A DNA stretch of 64,000 nucleotides from Candidatus Cloacimonadales bacterium (GTDB taxonomy: Bacteria; Cloacimonadota; Cloacimonadia; Cloacimonadales; JAFGVF01), in assembly GCA_963663475.2 (NCBI GenBank), contig CAXXJV010000002.1, positions 339,211 to 403,210 on the forward strand, in the 5' to 3' direction. Under the pieces are notes generated by a model, which did no database searches, had not been told where the DNA came from, and saw nothing but the letters and a program-made list of their open reading frames with translations. How positions within the stretch are numbered: the stretch's first letter is position 1; every line of letters begins with the position of its first letter. Positions 1 to 9,838 of the stretch are shown here, piece after piece. The position numbers and the translations under genes were made by a program.

Positions 1-340
1 TGATGATATTTCTCTTATAGAAGTTTTCCCAGTTTCCAATAATGAAAATGAAATAGCAGACCTTACTCCACTTAAAACTTATAATTATCCAAATCCATTT
101 AATCCTGAAACTACTATTAGTTTTGCTATGAGTGAGGCTGGAAATGCTAAAGTGCAAGTCTTTAATCTTCGTGGTCAATTAGTAAATACTCTGCTTAATG
201 ATCAAGTAGTTGCTGGAAATCAAAGTGTAGTTTGGAATGGTAAAGATTATAATAACAAAGATGTAGCTTCTGGTATTTATTTCTATAGAATAAAAACTTC
301 AAAAGCTACAGTTCAAAGAAAAATGATTTTGCAAAAGTAA
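1..340 (+). CDS. 3' end of a secreted protein with a C-terminal FlgD-Ig/T9SS-type sorting domain (5' end outside window)
   Basis: Frame is open upstream of the track ORF and reads NYPNPFNPETTISF...FNLRGQLV...VWNGKD...ASGIYFY...KMIL. Confidence 0.85.
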   Translation, partial: DDISLIEVFPVSNNENEIADLTPLKTYNYPNPFNPETTISFAMSEAGNAKVQVFNLRGQLVNTLLNDQVVAGNQSVVWNGKDYNNKDVASGIYFYRIKTSKATVQRKMILQK

Positions 341-358
341 TAATCAGATTAACTTCTG

Positions 359-389
359 GAATCCCTGCTCAAATTGAGCAGGGATTTTT
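359..389 (+). terminator. Intrinsic terminator
   Basis: aatccctgctcaa-a-ttgagcagggatt hairpin followed by a T run. Confidence 0.8.
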
Positions 390-636
390 CTATATTATGG
401 ATAAATAAGACTCTATATTCTTGTGATTAACAGATGGTTATTACTTTTTCATTAGGGAAAAGAAGCAGAAAAATCTGGGTATGATATATAAGGTAAATTT
501 GCCTGATATATCTTGTCGATTGGGGGACTATTATTCCTAGAGCTAATAGATGCCTAATCTAGGCCTAATAGCCCCCAATAGACCGTAAAGTAAATGATTA
601 CAATAAATCTTGTGGACCACTTGGAATAAAATGAAA

Positions 637-1788
637 TTAATCTACTAAAAGCCTTGGTATTTCTCTAGGTATTCTACTTAAAATTTCATAATTTACCTGC
701 TGACTAATCTCACTAAAGGAATCAACTGTTATAGTATGATTTTTTTGATCTCCCACTATCACAACTTCATCACCAACTGAGGCAGAAAATAATTGCGTAA
801 TATCAGCAATAATCATATTCATGTTAACTAAGCCAATCACAGGACAAGGAATACCATTTATTAGTACTCGACCATGATTGCTCAATGATCTGCTATAACC
901 ATTAGAATAGCCAATAGGAACAATGGCAATTGTCTTTGGCTCAAAAGCAACATAGGAAGTTCCATAACTAATAAATTCACCAATTTTTACTTCTTTTATA
1001 GCCATAATCTGAGATTTCCAACAAATAACTCTCTTAAGTGGATCTTGCTTGTTTACCCGAGAACTCATAAAACGAAGAAAGGTCTCCTTACTAGACCAAA
1101 AACCATACTGCATGATACCTACTCTTACCATGTCAAATCTGGCTTCAGGGTAAGATATTGCTCCTGCTGAACAAGCAATATGACAATATTCTGGGACCAT
1201 CCCCAACTTAATCATATCAGCCTTATAGCATTTAAGTTTCTTAATCTGACTCTTTACTCTGACATGATTTGCTATACTTTCTGGTCCTGCTAAATGAGAA
1301 CATAAGCCCTTAATCTGCAAATAATCAAGATTATTTCTTATTAATTTTAAAGCTTGTTGGAAATCATTATTACTAAAGCCAGTCCTGTTTAAACCTGTCT
1401 CAACCTCAAGATGAATTTTGGCCTTAATCTTGATTTGTTTGGCTATTTCAATTGCCTGCTTTAATCTAGTTGATTCAAAGACAAAAAACTCATATCCACC
1501 CTCAATTGCTTCACTTAAATCTTCTGGAGAAATCCAACCCATTACCATTATATCTGTTTCAGCTTTAACTATCTTTCGTATCCTCTGGGCTTCTTCAAAA
1601 TTAAAGGTGGCAAAATGATTAATACCACATTTTTCTACTTCTGGAACAAATTGCTCAATTCCATGACCATAAGCATTGGCCTTTACTACAGATGATATTC
1701 TTACCTTATTTCTAAAATGTTTCTTCAAAAAGTTAATGTTGTTTCTTATTGCACTTGCACTTAAATATATCTTTGTTGAGTAAGTCAT
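637..1788 (-). CDS. alr: Alanine racemase
   Basis: VVKANAYGHG PLP-lysine motif; HLEVETGLNRTG; DMVRVGI; IGYSNGYSR. Confidence 0.95.
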   Translation of the reverse strand: MTYSTKIYLSASAIRNNINFLKKHFRNKVRISSVVKANAYGHGIEQFVPEVEKCGINHFATFNFEEAQRIRKIVKAETDIMVMGWISPEDLSEAIEGGYEFFVFESTRLKQAIEIAKQIKIKAKIHLEVETGLNRTGFSNNDFQQALKLIRNNLDYLQIKGLCSHLAGPESIANHVRVKSQIKKLKCYKADMIKLGMVPEYCHIACSAGAISYPEARFDMVRVGIMQYGFWSSKETFLRFMSSRVNKQDPLKRVICWKSQIMAIKEVKIGEFISYGTSYVAFEPKTIAIVPIGYSNGYSRSLSNHGRVLINGIPCPVIGLVNMNMIIADITQLFSASVGDEVVIVGDQKNHTITVDSFSEISQQVNYEILSRIPREIPRLLVD

Positions 1789-2075
1789 ATTTCCTTTAAA
1801 ATTTTTAGGTTAAATCTTTTTCTAGATATTTCTGTAAAATTATTAATGTGATAAGGCTATTATTGAATTATTGATAATAGCACCTAGCTGTTATTTACTT
1901 TATATATGTAATTTTTAATTTATCTAATAAATGAAATACTTTAAAAAAAGACGTCAAGTAATTATTTAATTTTTTTCTCGAAAAACAAAGAAAGTAAAAT
2001 TAATCCTTGACATATAACTATAATTAGAAAATATTATACCTAGAGTTTATTAAAAAGACTAACAAAGGAGTAAAT

Positions 2076-3446
2076 ATGAACTTAAATGAACTAAAATCTC
2101 TCCTAAATGGATATGGCGAGTTAAGGTACCAAGTTAATAATAATGCAGCCCTAATGCTTTCAAATGGAACATTAGTGCATAATGCCAGCAGTGAAAATAA
2201 AGGTTTCTCTGCTCGTACCTTAAATGGAAGTGGTTGGGGATTTGCCTCTACTTCTCAACTGAATCCTGATAAGATTAAAGAAACTATCAAACAAGCACAA
2301 AGAAATGCAGATTTTCTTAATTTCAAGCAAAAACGTAAAGATTTACTTATCCCATCAAGGCCAATATCCTTACATAGAGATTTATCTACAAGTAACAATA
2401 AATTATCTTCAAGAGAAAAAATTGATTACATAAGTGAACTCTCCAACTACATTAGAGGTAAGTATAAGGATATTCCTACTGTTAGAATTATCGTAAATGA
2501 AGAGAAGGTTGAAAAGATGGTTTCGACCACTGATAATTCAGATTTTCATACTATCATACCTAGAGCACATATTATATGTTCCTTTATAATGCCTAGTGAT
2601 GGTGGGATGATAACAGAAACATGCCGTATAGGTGGTCTAGGAGAATTTGAAGATTATTATCAAAACTTAGAGCAACTATACAAGGAGATCGATGAAGCTT
2701 ATGGTCATTTAATTAATAAAAAAACAGCTGTTTTTGCCAAAGCTGGACTACAAGATGTTATCTTAGATTCACAGTTAGCAGGTATTTTAGCTCATGAGGC
2801 CATAGGCCATACAACAGAGGCTGATATTGTGCGTGGTGGCTCAATAATGGAAGACTTGATGGATCAACCAGTAGCTTCAGAACTCGTTAATTTAATAGAT
2901 GTTGCTCATACTTATGATGGAAAGCTTTGTCCAAGACCTGTATTTGTTGATGATGAAGGTGTAGATCCAATTACTGCCAATATCATAGAAAATGGTATTT
3001 TAAAGGGCTTCATGCATAATAAGGCTTCAGCAGCAGCTTATGGTCATCAAGTTACAGGTAATGCTAGAGCAAGTCAATATAGTGATGAACCAATTATTAG
3101 AATGAGAAATACTATGATTGTACCAGGGAAAGATAAGCTAGATGATATGATAAGATCCATTAAAGATGGTTATTATTTAATCAATCCAAATAATGGACAA
3201 GCTGATAAAACTTCTGAGTTTATGTTTGGTGTTGTTCGTGGTTATGAAATCAAGAATGGAAAACTTGCTAAGGCAATAAAAGAAACAACTATTTCTGGTA
3301 TTGCAGTAGAACTTTTAAAAAGTATAACTGCTATTTCAGATGATTTAACCTGGTCTGGTGGTGGTACATGTGGAAAGAAACAAGGAATTGCTGTCGGAAT
3401 GGGCGGACCTGCTATCAAGTGTAAAGTTAATATTGGAGGTAAATAA
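2076..3446 (+). CDS. tldD: TldD metalloprotease
   Basis: HEAIGH metal motif, DDEG, TGNARA, RMRNT, C-terminal CGK. Confidence 0.92.
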   Translation: MNLNELKSLLNGYGELRYQVNNNAALMLSNGTLVHNASSENKGFSARTLNGSGWGFASTSQLNPDKIKETIKQAQRNADFLNFKQKRKDLLIPSRPISLHRDLSTSNNKLSSREKIDYISELSNYIRGKYKDIPTVRIIVNEEKVEKMVSTTDNSDFHTIIPRAHIICSFIMPSDGGMITETCRIGGLGEFEDYYQNLEQLYKEIDEAYGHLINKKTAVFAKAGLQDVILDSQLAGILAHEAIGHTTEADIVRGGSIMEDLMDQPVASELVNLIDVAHTYDGKLCPRPVFVDDEGVDPITANIIENGILKGFMHNKASAAAYGHQVTGNARASQYSDEPIIRMRNTMIVPGKDKLDDMIRSIKDGYYLINPNNGQADKTSEFMFGVVRGYEIKNGKLAKAIKETTISGIAVELLKSITAISDDLTWSGGGTCGKKQGIAVGMGGPAIKCKVNIGGK

Positions 3447-4735
3447 TGAAGATTAGAGATATTGCTAAACTTAGCTTAGATAAATTACTAGCTCTTGGGG
3501 CTGATAAGGCTTCAGTACAAGTTAAGAGAGACTTTTCTTCGGAACTACAAAAAGAATTTAATGGTATTGACCTGTTCAGAGATGTAGATGCAATTGAAGT
3601 GGAAATGAAGGTTATTAAAGATGATAGAAGAGGAGTGCATACTTTTACTTTTTCATCTGAAGAGGATATTGATAAAAATGCTAACAAGACCTTTAAATCA
3701 GCCTCTGAATCAAATCAAGATAAAGCTTATGGAATGGCTAAAGGAGTTAAGTATAGCCAGAAGTTTGGTATAGAAAATCCTGATACAGATTCTATGTATA
3801 AGCTTCTTGCAGACTTTGAACAAGAAAAAGAGGATAAATTTCCACAAATAACAGACACAACGTCTGTAGTTTTTCATAAAGAAGAAATATGTTATATGAA
3901 CAATTATGATTCAGAAATAACTTACAGTAATGGCTACTATCACATTCTTTCTCTATTTTCAGCTGCAGAAAAAGATAAACACTCTTCTATGAATTACACT
4001 TACCAACCATGTCTTCAGTTACCTGAATCTATTCTAGCTCTTAACAAGTTTAACCAAGATTATCAAGATACTATCAAACAACTCAATCCTCACTCTCTAG
4101 CTGACAAATTTACAGGTGAAGTAATTCTTACACCTCAAGTTTTTTGCCAGTTAGCTGGTCATATACTTGGAGAAGTGCAAGGCTTGAGTCTGGTAGATAA
4201 AAATTCTCTCTTCCAGGAAAAAATACAAGATAAAATCTTTGATTCCAAACTAAGTCTCAGAACTTTAGCTAACCATCCAGACCTTGTAAATAAAGATATT
4301 TTCACTGCTGAAGGTTATCTTAATAGAGATGATTTCATAATTGAAAATGGAATACTAAAAAACTTTATTGTTTCAGAATATGTAGCTAATCGTAGTGAGT
4401 TTGCAATGAATAATATTGCTTCAGAAGCTTTTGAAGTTCAAGCAGGTTCTGATAATTTACAAGATATGATTAAATCAGTCAAAAAAGGTGTCATAGTTCA
4501 TGGAATATCTTCTGGTAATCCCAATAAAAATAAGGATTTCTCAGGTGTTATTAAAAACTCTTATTATGTTGAAGATGGTCAAATCAAATACCCTATAAAT
4601 GAAGCTATGATAACAGCTAATATTGTAGAAATGTTCAATAATATTGTCTCAATATCTCAAGAAAGAGAAAGTGTATTCGGTTCCTGTATTGTTCCTTGGA
4701 TGAAAATATCTGGAGTTAATATCGCAGGTAAATAA
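3446..4735 (+). CDS. pmbA: PmbA/TldE family partner subunit
   Basis: TldD/PmbA-type C-terminus (IIENGILKNF, DFSG) without HExxH; start overlaps the tldD stop. Confidence 0.8.
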   Translation: MKIRDIAKLSLDKLLALGADKASVQVKRDFSSELQKEFNGIDLFRDVDAIEVEMKVIKDDRRGVHTFTFSSEEDIDKNANKTFKSASESNQDKAYGMAKGVKYSQKFGIENPDTDSMYKLLADFEQEKEDKFPQITDTTSVVFHKEEICYMNNYDSEITYSNGYYHILSLFSAAEKDKHSSMNYTYQPCLQLPESILALNKFNQDYQDTIKQLNPHSLADKFTGEVILTPQVFCQLAGHILGEVQGLSLVDKNSLFQEKIQDKIFDSKLSLRTLANHPDLVNKDIFTAEGYLNRDDFIIENGILKNFIVSEYVANRSEFAMNNIASEAFEVQAGSDNLQDMIKSVKKGVIVHGISSGNPNKNKDFSGVIKNSYYVEDGQIKYPINEAMITANIVEMFNNIVSISQERESVFGSCIVPWMKISGVNIAGK

Positions 4736-4749
4736 ATTATCATAAAAAC

Positions 4750-4774
4750 TAAGCCCATGATTTGCATGGGCTTA
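4750..4774. terminator. Probable bidirectional terminator between convergent genes
   Basis: taagcccatg-atttg-catgggctta hairpin. Confidence 0.7.
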
Positions 4775-4787
4775 ATCTACTTTAAGT

Positions 4788-6746
4788 CTATGGTAGAGAA
4801 TTATTACATGCCTTTACTCGGAAAAACTTGTACTTTTCAGGAAGATCATAAATATAACCTTGATAAGGGGTAATGATAATAGGTTCCCAAGCATTATTAG
4901 ATAGATCACTTGATGCTCGAATTTCATAGAATTCTGCATAAGGAATATGTTCCCAGCGTAGGACATTGTGAGAGTTTTCCCTGCTTATACTTAGCTGGGG
5001 ATTCGCTAGGTTAACATAAACATCTTGAGGAGAAGTGTAAATTGTAAAGTCAGTTATTCTTGGTCTAGCTAACTGACTATGTGCCACAAAATTGAATTGT
5101 AATTTAAAGTTTACACCAAGATACTGTTGAGGTATATCAATATTCCTAATAACATATTGATTTATTAATACACCCTCATCATCTTGAAAAGTAATATTGT
5201 CATCTGTGTTAATTGAAGAAATAGTTGTCCAGTTAATTGAATGATAAGGAGAACTATCTTGTCCAATTTGTATTAGAAGAGGATTAAAAGTCATAGTAGA
5301 ACTTGGAATCATTAGTTTGAATTGTACTGTCAAATGCGAATCTGAATAAAAACTAGGTGTTACTAAACTCATGATATGAGCAGTTGTATCAAAAGAAGGA
5401 GAACGTGCCCATGATTTATTGTTTGAATCAAATACCTGTGTCCAAGCAGCAGATACCCAGTTTAAAGGAGGCCATTCGCTAAAATCTTGTTGATAGGGGA
5501 AACTACTAATGCTAGGATTTGGACAATCAGCAGATAAAGTCATCAGAATTTGAGTTGGTTCACCAGGAGAAACTCCTCCATCCTCAGAAAATTCATAGGT
5601 TACGGCAGAGTTCATATAACCATATTCGTAAGCATAAAAGTCTATAGAAAATGAATATGAATATCCCTCAGGCAAAGTTATATCAGATTGGGAACTATTT
5701 AAGAAAAAGTTATTCGGTGAAATTGGGTTTACAGCAATTGCTAAGTTTTCTATTGATAGTTCATAAGTAGAGTAATTGGTAATAACAACATCTTGGTTGT
5801 AAGTTAAATTGATTAATCCATTTTCAATATCCCAGGTTTCTGGAGAAACATTTAAGTGAGGTTGGCTAATATTCTCTCTAATAAAGAAGTTATCAAGATA
5901 TAGTTTAGGATTATTACTAGTACCAAAAAAAGAATAATAGAAATGGTATAAATTATAAGTAAATTTTACATAGAAAGTTCCAGGATAGTTAGCTAAGTCA
6001 ATTGTTACTTTATTATATTGATCATTTAAGTTATCATCGTAGCAGGACAATAGGTTTATTTCTTGAAAATTAATATTATCATATGAAATATAGCTTGTCA
6101 AGAAGCTTGGATCTTGACTAGCACTATCACCTAATTGAAAGTCACTTAATCTATAATAAAATACCACTTGGTTACTAGACAAGTTTGCTCCAATAGCATT
6201 GCTTGTCTGGAAACTACCTGATAAAGCACTTGTGGCGATGCCAGAAGAATTCTGGATACCTTGATCATTAGACATGAGAATATTACCAGTAAATCCATTA
6301 ATATCATTAATAAAGTTTCTATATGGTATGCTATCAGAAGCACTAGATTTAGTCTGAAAACTCCAAATAGGGCAATTAAGGGCATCACCATTATCAACAT
6401 GATATGGGACTACCTGCCAATAATAAGTCTGATTTAACTCTAAATTTATATCTGGATAGAAACTTAAAACATTGCCTAAATCCACTCCATTTACTAAATT
6501 ACTTGGACTTGTCTCCCCTTGCCCATCGCTTCCTAAATAGAATCTATAACCTGTTAGACTACCACTAGCTTCTTGCCAGGCAAAAACTGGAGACTCTGTA
6601 ACTTGATTTGCATTAAGTCCTGGGTAGCGCAGACTAGTAGGAGAGGGAGGATTTTCTCTAAATTGTCCGTGAAGTGAGGTAAAAGGAAGTGAAAATATGC
6701 TTATAAGAGAATAGAAAACAATAAAAGTAATAGTTAATTTTTTCAT
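4788..6746 (-). CDS. Secreted beta-rich surface protein (Fn3-like and Ig-like domains)
   Basis: Signal peptide; 'LELNQTYYWQVVPY...CPIWSF' Fn3-like motif; C-terminal 'LRWEHIPYAEFYEI...FFRVKA'. Confidence 0.65.
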   Translation of the reverse strand: MKKLTITFIVFYSLISIFSLPFTSLHGQFRENPPSPTSLRYPGLNANQVTESPVFAWQEASGSLTGYRFYLGSDGQGETSPSNLVNGVDLGNVLSFYPDINLELNQTYYWQVVPYHVDNGDALNCPIWSFQTKSSASDSIPYRNFINDINGFTGNILMSNDQGIQNSSGIATSALSGSFQTSNAIGANLSSNQVVFYYRLSDFQLGDSASQDPSFLTSYISYDNINFQEINLLSCYDDNLNDQYNKVTIDLANYPGTFYVKFTYNLYHFYYSFFGTSNNPKLYLDNFFIRENISQPHLNVSPETWDIENGLINLTYNQDVVITNYSTYELSIENLAIAVNPISPNNFFLNSSQSDITLPEGYSYSFSIDFYAYEYGYMNSAVTYEFSEDGGVSPGEPTQILMTLSADCPNPSISSFPYQQDFSEWPPLNWVSAAWTQVFDSNNKSWARSPSFDTTAHIMSLVTPSFYSDSHLTVQFKLMIPSSTMTFNPLLIQIGQDSSPYHSINWTTISSINTDDNITFQDDEGVLINQYVIRNIDIPQQYLGVNFKLQFNFVAHSQLARPRITDFTIYTSPQDVYVNLANPQLSISRENSHNVLRWEHIPYAEFYEIRASSDLSNNAWEPIIITPYQGYIYDLPEKYKFFRVKACNNSLP

Positions 6747-6860
6747 AAAACCTTCTTTTTATTTTAATTACGTACTAAATCATTTATATAAGGAAGTAAT
6801 TAAACTGTCAAGAAAAATAAACTTGACAGTATTTATCAGTAAAAAATATTTGATTTAAGA

Positions 6861-6895
6861 ACATACCAAGAGTATGTAAAATACCGTGAGTATGT
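6861..6895. promoter_or_regulatory. Two tandem palindromic operators, probable TetR autoregulatory site
   Basis: ACATAC-caaga-GTATGT and AAATAC-cgtga-GTATGT, downstream of TTGACA (6823-6828) and upstream of tetR. Confidence 0.7.
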
Positions 6896-6935
6896 TAATA
6901 AGTTATTGAAAAATAATATTATAAAAGAGGATAGT

Positions 6936-7640
6936 ATGAATAGAAGAGAAAAACAAACAGCTAAGACAATTGCTGATATTATTAAGGTGGCTGAGAAATT
7001 GTTTATCCAGAAAGGTTTTGAAGAGACTTCAGTTCAAGAGATTGCTGAAAAGTGTGGCATGACTAAAGGTGCCTTTTATCATCATTTTAAATCAAAGGAT
7101 CATGTCTTAGAGAAAATGCTTACTGATCATCACCAAGAGATTATAAAAGCAGTTCAACCAATTCTGCAAAATACCCAAGCAGACTTAGTTAGTAGGGTTA
7201 ATATGGTTATCAAAATTATGAGAAAAGTAGGAAAACAAAAGTCATCTTTTTTAGCTGAATATCTTAGGATAAGAAGGAGTGATGGTAATATAGTTTTAAA
7301 AGAAAGATTAAAGAAATATGATAAGAAAGTCTATCTTGAAGTAATTGCTCCTATTCTGGAAGAAGGACGAAACAAAGGCGAATGTAGTTTTACAGGACCA
7401 GCCCAAGTAATAGCTATATTAATCTTTCAACTAGATAAAGGAATAACAGAAGAATTAAACTTCATTTTTGCTCAAGAAGATAAAGAGAAAGCTCAAGAAT
7501 ATTCAAAGTCTATAATGGAGAATTTTGTTATGATACTAGCTAAATTACTTGGTACAAGCCAAGAAGATATGAAGAAAATGATTGATTATGATAATGCAAT
7601 TCTTTTCTTTAAAGAAATATTAAAGTCTGAGGATAAATAA
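6936..7640 (+). CDS. TetR/AcrR family transcriptional regulator
   Basis: LFIQKGFEETSVQEIAEKCGMTKGAFYHHFKSK HTH; ATG at 6936 after a GAGG RBS. Confidence 0.93.
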   Translation: MNRREKQTAKTIADIIKVAEKLFIQKGFEETSVQEIAEKCGMTKGAFYHHFKSKDHVLEKMLTDHHQEIIKAVQPILQNTQADLVSRVNMVIKIMRKVGKQKSSFLAEYLRIRRSDGNIVLKERLKKYDKKVYLEVIAPILEEGRNKGECSFTGPAQVIAILIFQLDKGITEELNFIFAQEDKEKAQEYSKSIMENFVMILAKLLGTSQEDMKKMIDYDNAILFFKEILKSEDK

Positions 7641-8555
7641 ATGAAAAGATACCTAATTATTACTTTAATATTTTGTCTTTTTCTGTCTCTTTTTGGAAAC
7701 ACTAATAAAGTAAACTTCATTCCATTAATGCAATATGAACACTTAAATTATGGTGGCCAGACTGTTTATTCACCTGCAGGGGGACTGCTAGTTACGGGGT
7801 CTAATTTTCAGGTGATAGGTATTTACTCAAATTACCATTTTAAAAATGATTTATCAAATAGTTACCCTGATCAATTCCACACACTAGATTTCTTAGCTGA
7901 GTCCTTTAGGGGAAGACACCACTTTGTAAGTCTCTTAAAGAGTGAATCTGATAAGCCTATCAGTGGTGGACTTCACACTTTTCAGTTGGCTTCTGTATGG
8001 GGTTATGAAATAGTAAGTAGGGAAAATTTCCAGTTTGTTTTAGGTAGCGGTATAGGCATTAGTGATTTTGGAATTGACATGTCTAATGGTAAACCTTTAC
8101 CTCTAATTCCCTTACCTTTAATCAGAATGAAATCAAACTCTAAATGGTTGAATACTAAATTAGATTTTATAACAGGACCTAACTTTGAGTTTATTATTAC
8201 TCCTCAAAAACAGACTAGATTAAAAGGAGATTTTAGAATTGATAATTTAAGAGATGAAAGGGATATAATCTTTGATTTATCAGGTCATTATCGTTTCTTC
8301 TCATCAACTAGCTCAATGGGAGATTTTGCTGGTTTAGCCATAGGACTAGCCAATAATAATATTGCTTTTGATTTAGCTGAAAAGGATGAGATTTTTGATT
8401 ATCATTACTACAGCTTATATTCAGAATTAGATTTAAGTTTTTTGAAGATTAGTGGAGCTTATACTTTCAAAAATAGAGAAATGTATCGTGAAGAAGAAAA
8501 GATTAACTTTGATGATGGCTTTACTTTTTCTATTCAGGCTCTTTATCAATTCTAA
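7641..8555 (+). CDS. Hypothetical outer-membrane beta-barrel protein
   Basis: Signal peptide, amphipathic strands, terminal ...ALYQF. Confidence 0.55.
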   Translation: MKRYLIITLIFCLFLSLFGNTNKVNFIPLMQYEHLNYGGQTVYSPAGGLLVTGSNFQVIGIYSNYHFKNDLSNSYPDQFHTLDFLAESFRGRHHFVSLLKSESDKPISGGLHTFQLASVWGYEIVSRENFQFVLGSGIGISDFGIDMSNGKPLPLIPLPLIRMKSNSKWLNTKLDFITGPNFEFIITPQKQTRLKGDFRIDNLRDERDIIFDLSGHYRFFSSTSSMGDFAGLAIGLANNNIAFDLAEKDEIFDYHYYSLYSELDLSFLKISGAYTFKNREMYREEEKINFDDGFTFSIQALYQF

Positions 8556-8566
8556 GGAAAGCAAAA

Positions 8567-9838
8567 ATGAAATCACCGTTAAGTAATTTTCTTATTATCT
8601 GGATTGGTCAGCTTATTTCCAACATAGGCAATGGAATGACAGCTTTTGCACTAGGTATTTATGTTTACCAAAAAAGTGGAAGTTTAGTCAATTTCTCCTT
8701 TATATTACTATGTCAGTTTTTGCCTGCAATTCTCCTCAGACCTCTTGGAGGAGTCTTTGCTGATAGATACAGTCGCAAATTCATGATAATGTTAGGTGAT
8801 TTAGGTTCTGCTATAGGAGTCTTCTTAATTTTATTTGCAATCACAGGAGGGGAAATAAATTTAGGTAGAATTTATCTAGGACTAGTCATATCCTCATGTT
8901 TTATAGCTATTCAGAATCCAGCTTACAAGGCAATAATTTCAGATATAGTAGTAGCCAAAGATTTTGCAAGAGTTAGTGGATTAGTTCAACTTTCAGCAAG
9001 TTCTCAGCATCTTATATCACCTTTATTGGCTGGCTTCATCTTAGCTATAAGTGGTATTAAGGTAATCTTATATATTGATATTTCCTCCTTTGTCTTTGCT
9101 ATAGTTAGTTTAGCCTTACTAGGGAAAACAATTACTTCTCAAAGCAGGAAATTAACAAGTAATATTTGGTATGACTTAAGAGAGGGCTGGAAATATTTAT
9201 TAGCAAGTAAACTTGTTATTACAATTGTGATTATCATATCTTGGGTGACCTTTTTTGTTGGTATGATCCAGAGTTTGCTTACACCAATGCTACTAACAAT
9301 AACAGATGCCAAAAACATAGGAATCATTCAATCCGTAAGTGCTTCAGGTATGTTATTAAGTAGTTTATATATAGGTTTAAAGTCATTTAAAATTCACTTA
9401 TCAAAGCTACTTGTTTGGTCAATGTTTTTTGCTGGCATATTAATGTCTCTTTTAGGCATTTTCACAAATTTAATAGTCATTACTCTTCTCTTCTTTCTCT
9501 TTTTTGGGCTACTACCCTTCATTAACACAGGAGCGGAAGTCATTATCAGGCAGAACATAGTCAATGAAGGTCAGGGGAGAGTATGGGGTATGATAGGATT
9601 TATATCACAGATAGGTTATTTGCTGGCATATTTAGCTTCAGGCTGGTTAGCTGAGGAGGTTTTTAATCCTCTAATGGCAAGCAATAGCAAATTTATAGAA
9701 TATTTAGGAAGTATTACAGATTTTAATCAAGCCCAAGGAATAGCTATAATGTTTCTGTTAGCAGGCTTATTCTGGCTAGGATTAACTATAATTAGCAGAT
9801 TTAGAATTAAGGAAGGGGAAAAGAATGTTAATGTTTAA
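8567..9838 (+). CDS. MFS transporter (macrolide-efflux/H+ antiporter type)
   Basis: WIGQLISNIG, GVFADRYSRK MFS motif A, many TM segments. Confidence 0.9.
   Translation: MKSPLSNFLIIWIGQLISNIGNGMTAFALGIYVYQKSGSLVNFSFILLCQFLPAILLRPLGGVFADRYSRKFMIMLGDLGSAIGVFLILFAITGGEINLGRIYLGLVISSCFIAIQNPAYKAIISDIVVAKDFARVSGLVQLSASSQHLISPLLAGFILAISGIKVILYIDISSFVFAIVSLALLGKTITSQSRKLTSNIWYDLREGWKYLLASKLVITIVIIISWVTFFVGMIQSLLTPMLLTITDAKNIGIIQSVSASGMLLSSLYIGLKSFKIHLSKLLVWSMFFAGILMSLLGIFTNLIVITLLFFLFFGLLPFINTGAEVIIRQNIVNEGQGRVWGMIGFISQIGYLLAYLASGWLAEEVFNPLMASNSKFIEYLGSITDFNQAQGIAIMFLLAGLFWLGLTIISRFRIKEGEKNVNV

Noticed and set aside
515-583. Imperfect inverted repeat (gtcgattggggg.ctatta / taatag.ccccaatagac)
   Set aside because: Single copy in this window between convergent genes; cannot distinguish a terminator from a repeat relic.
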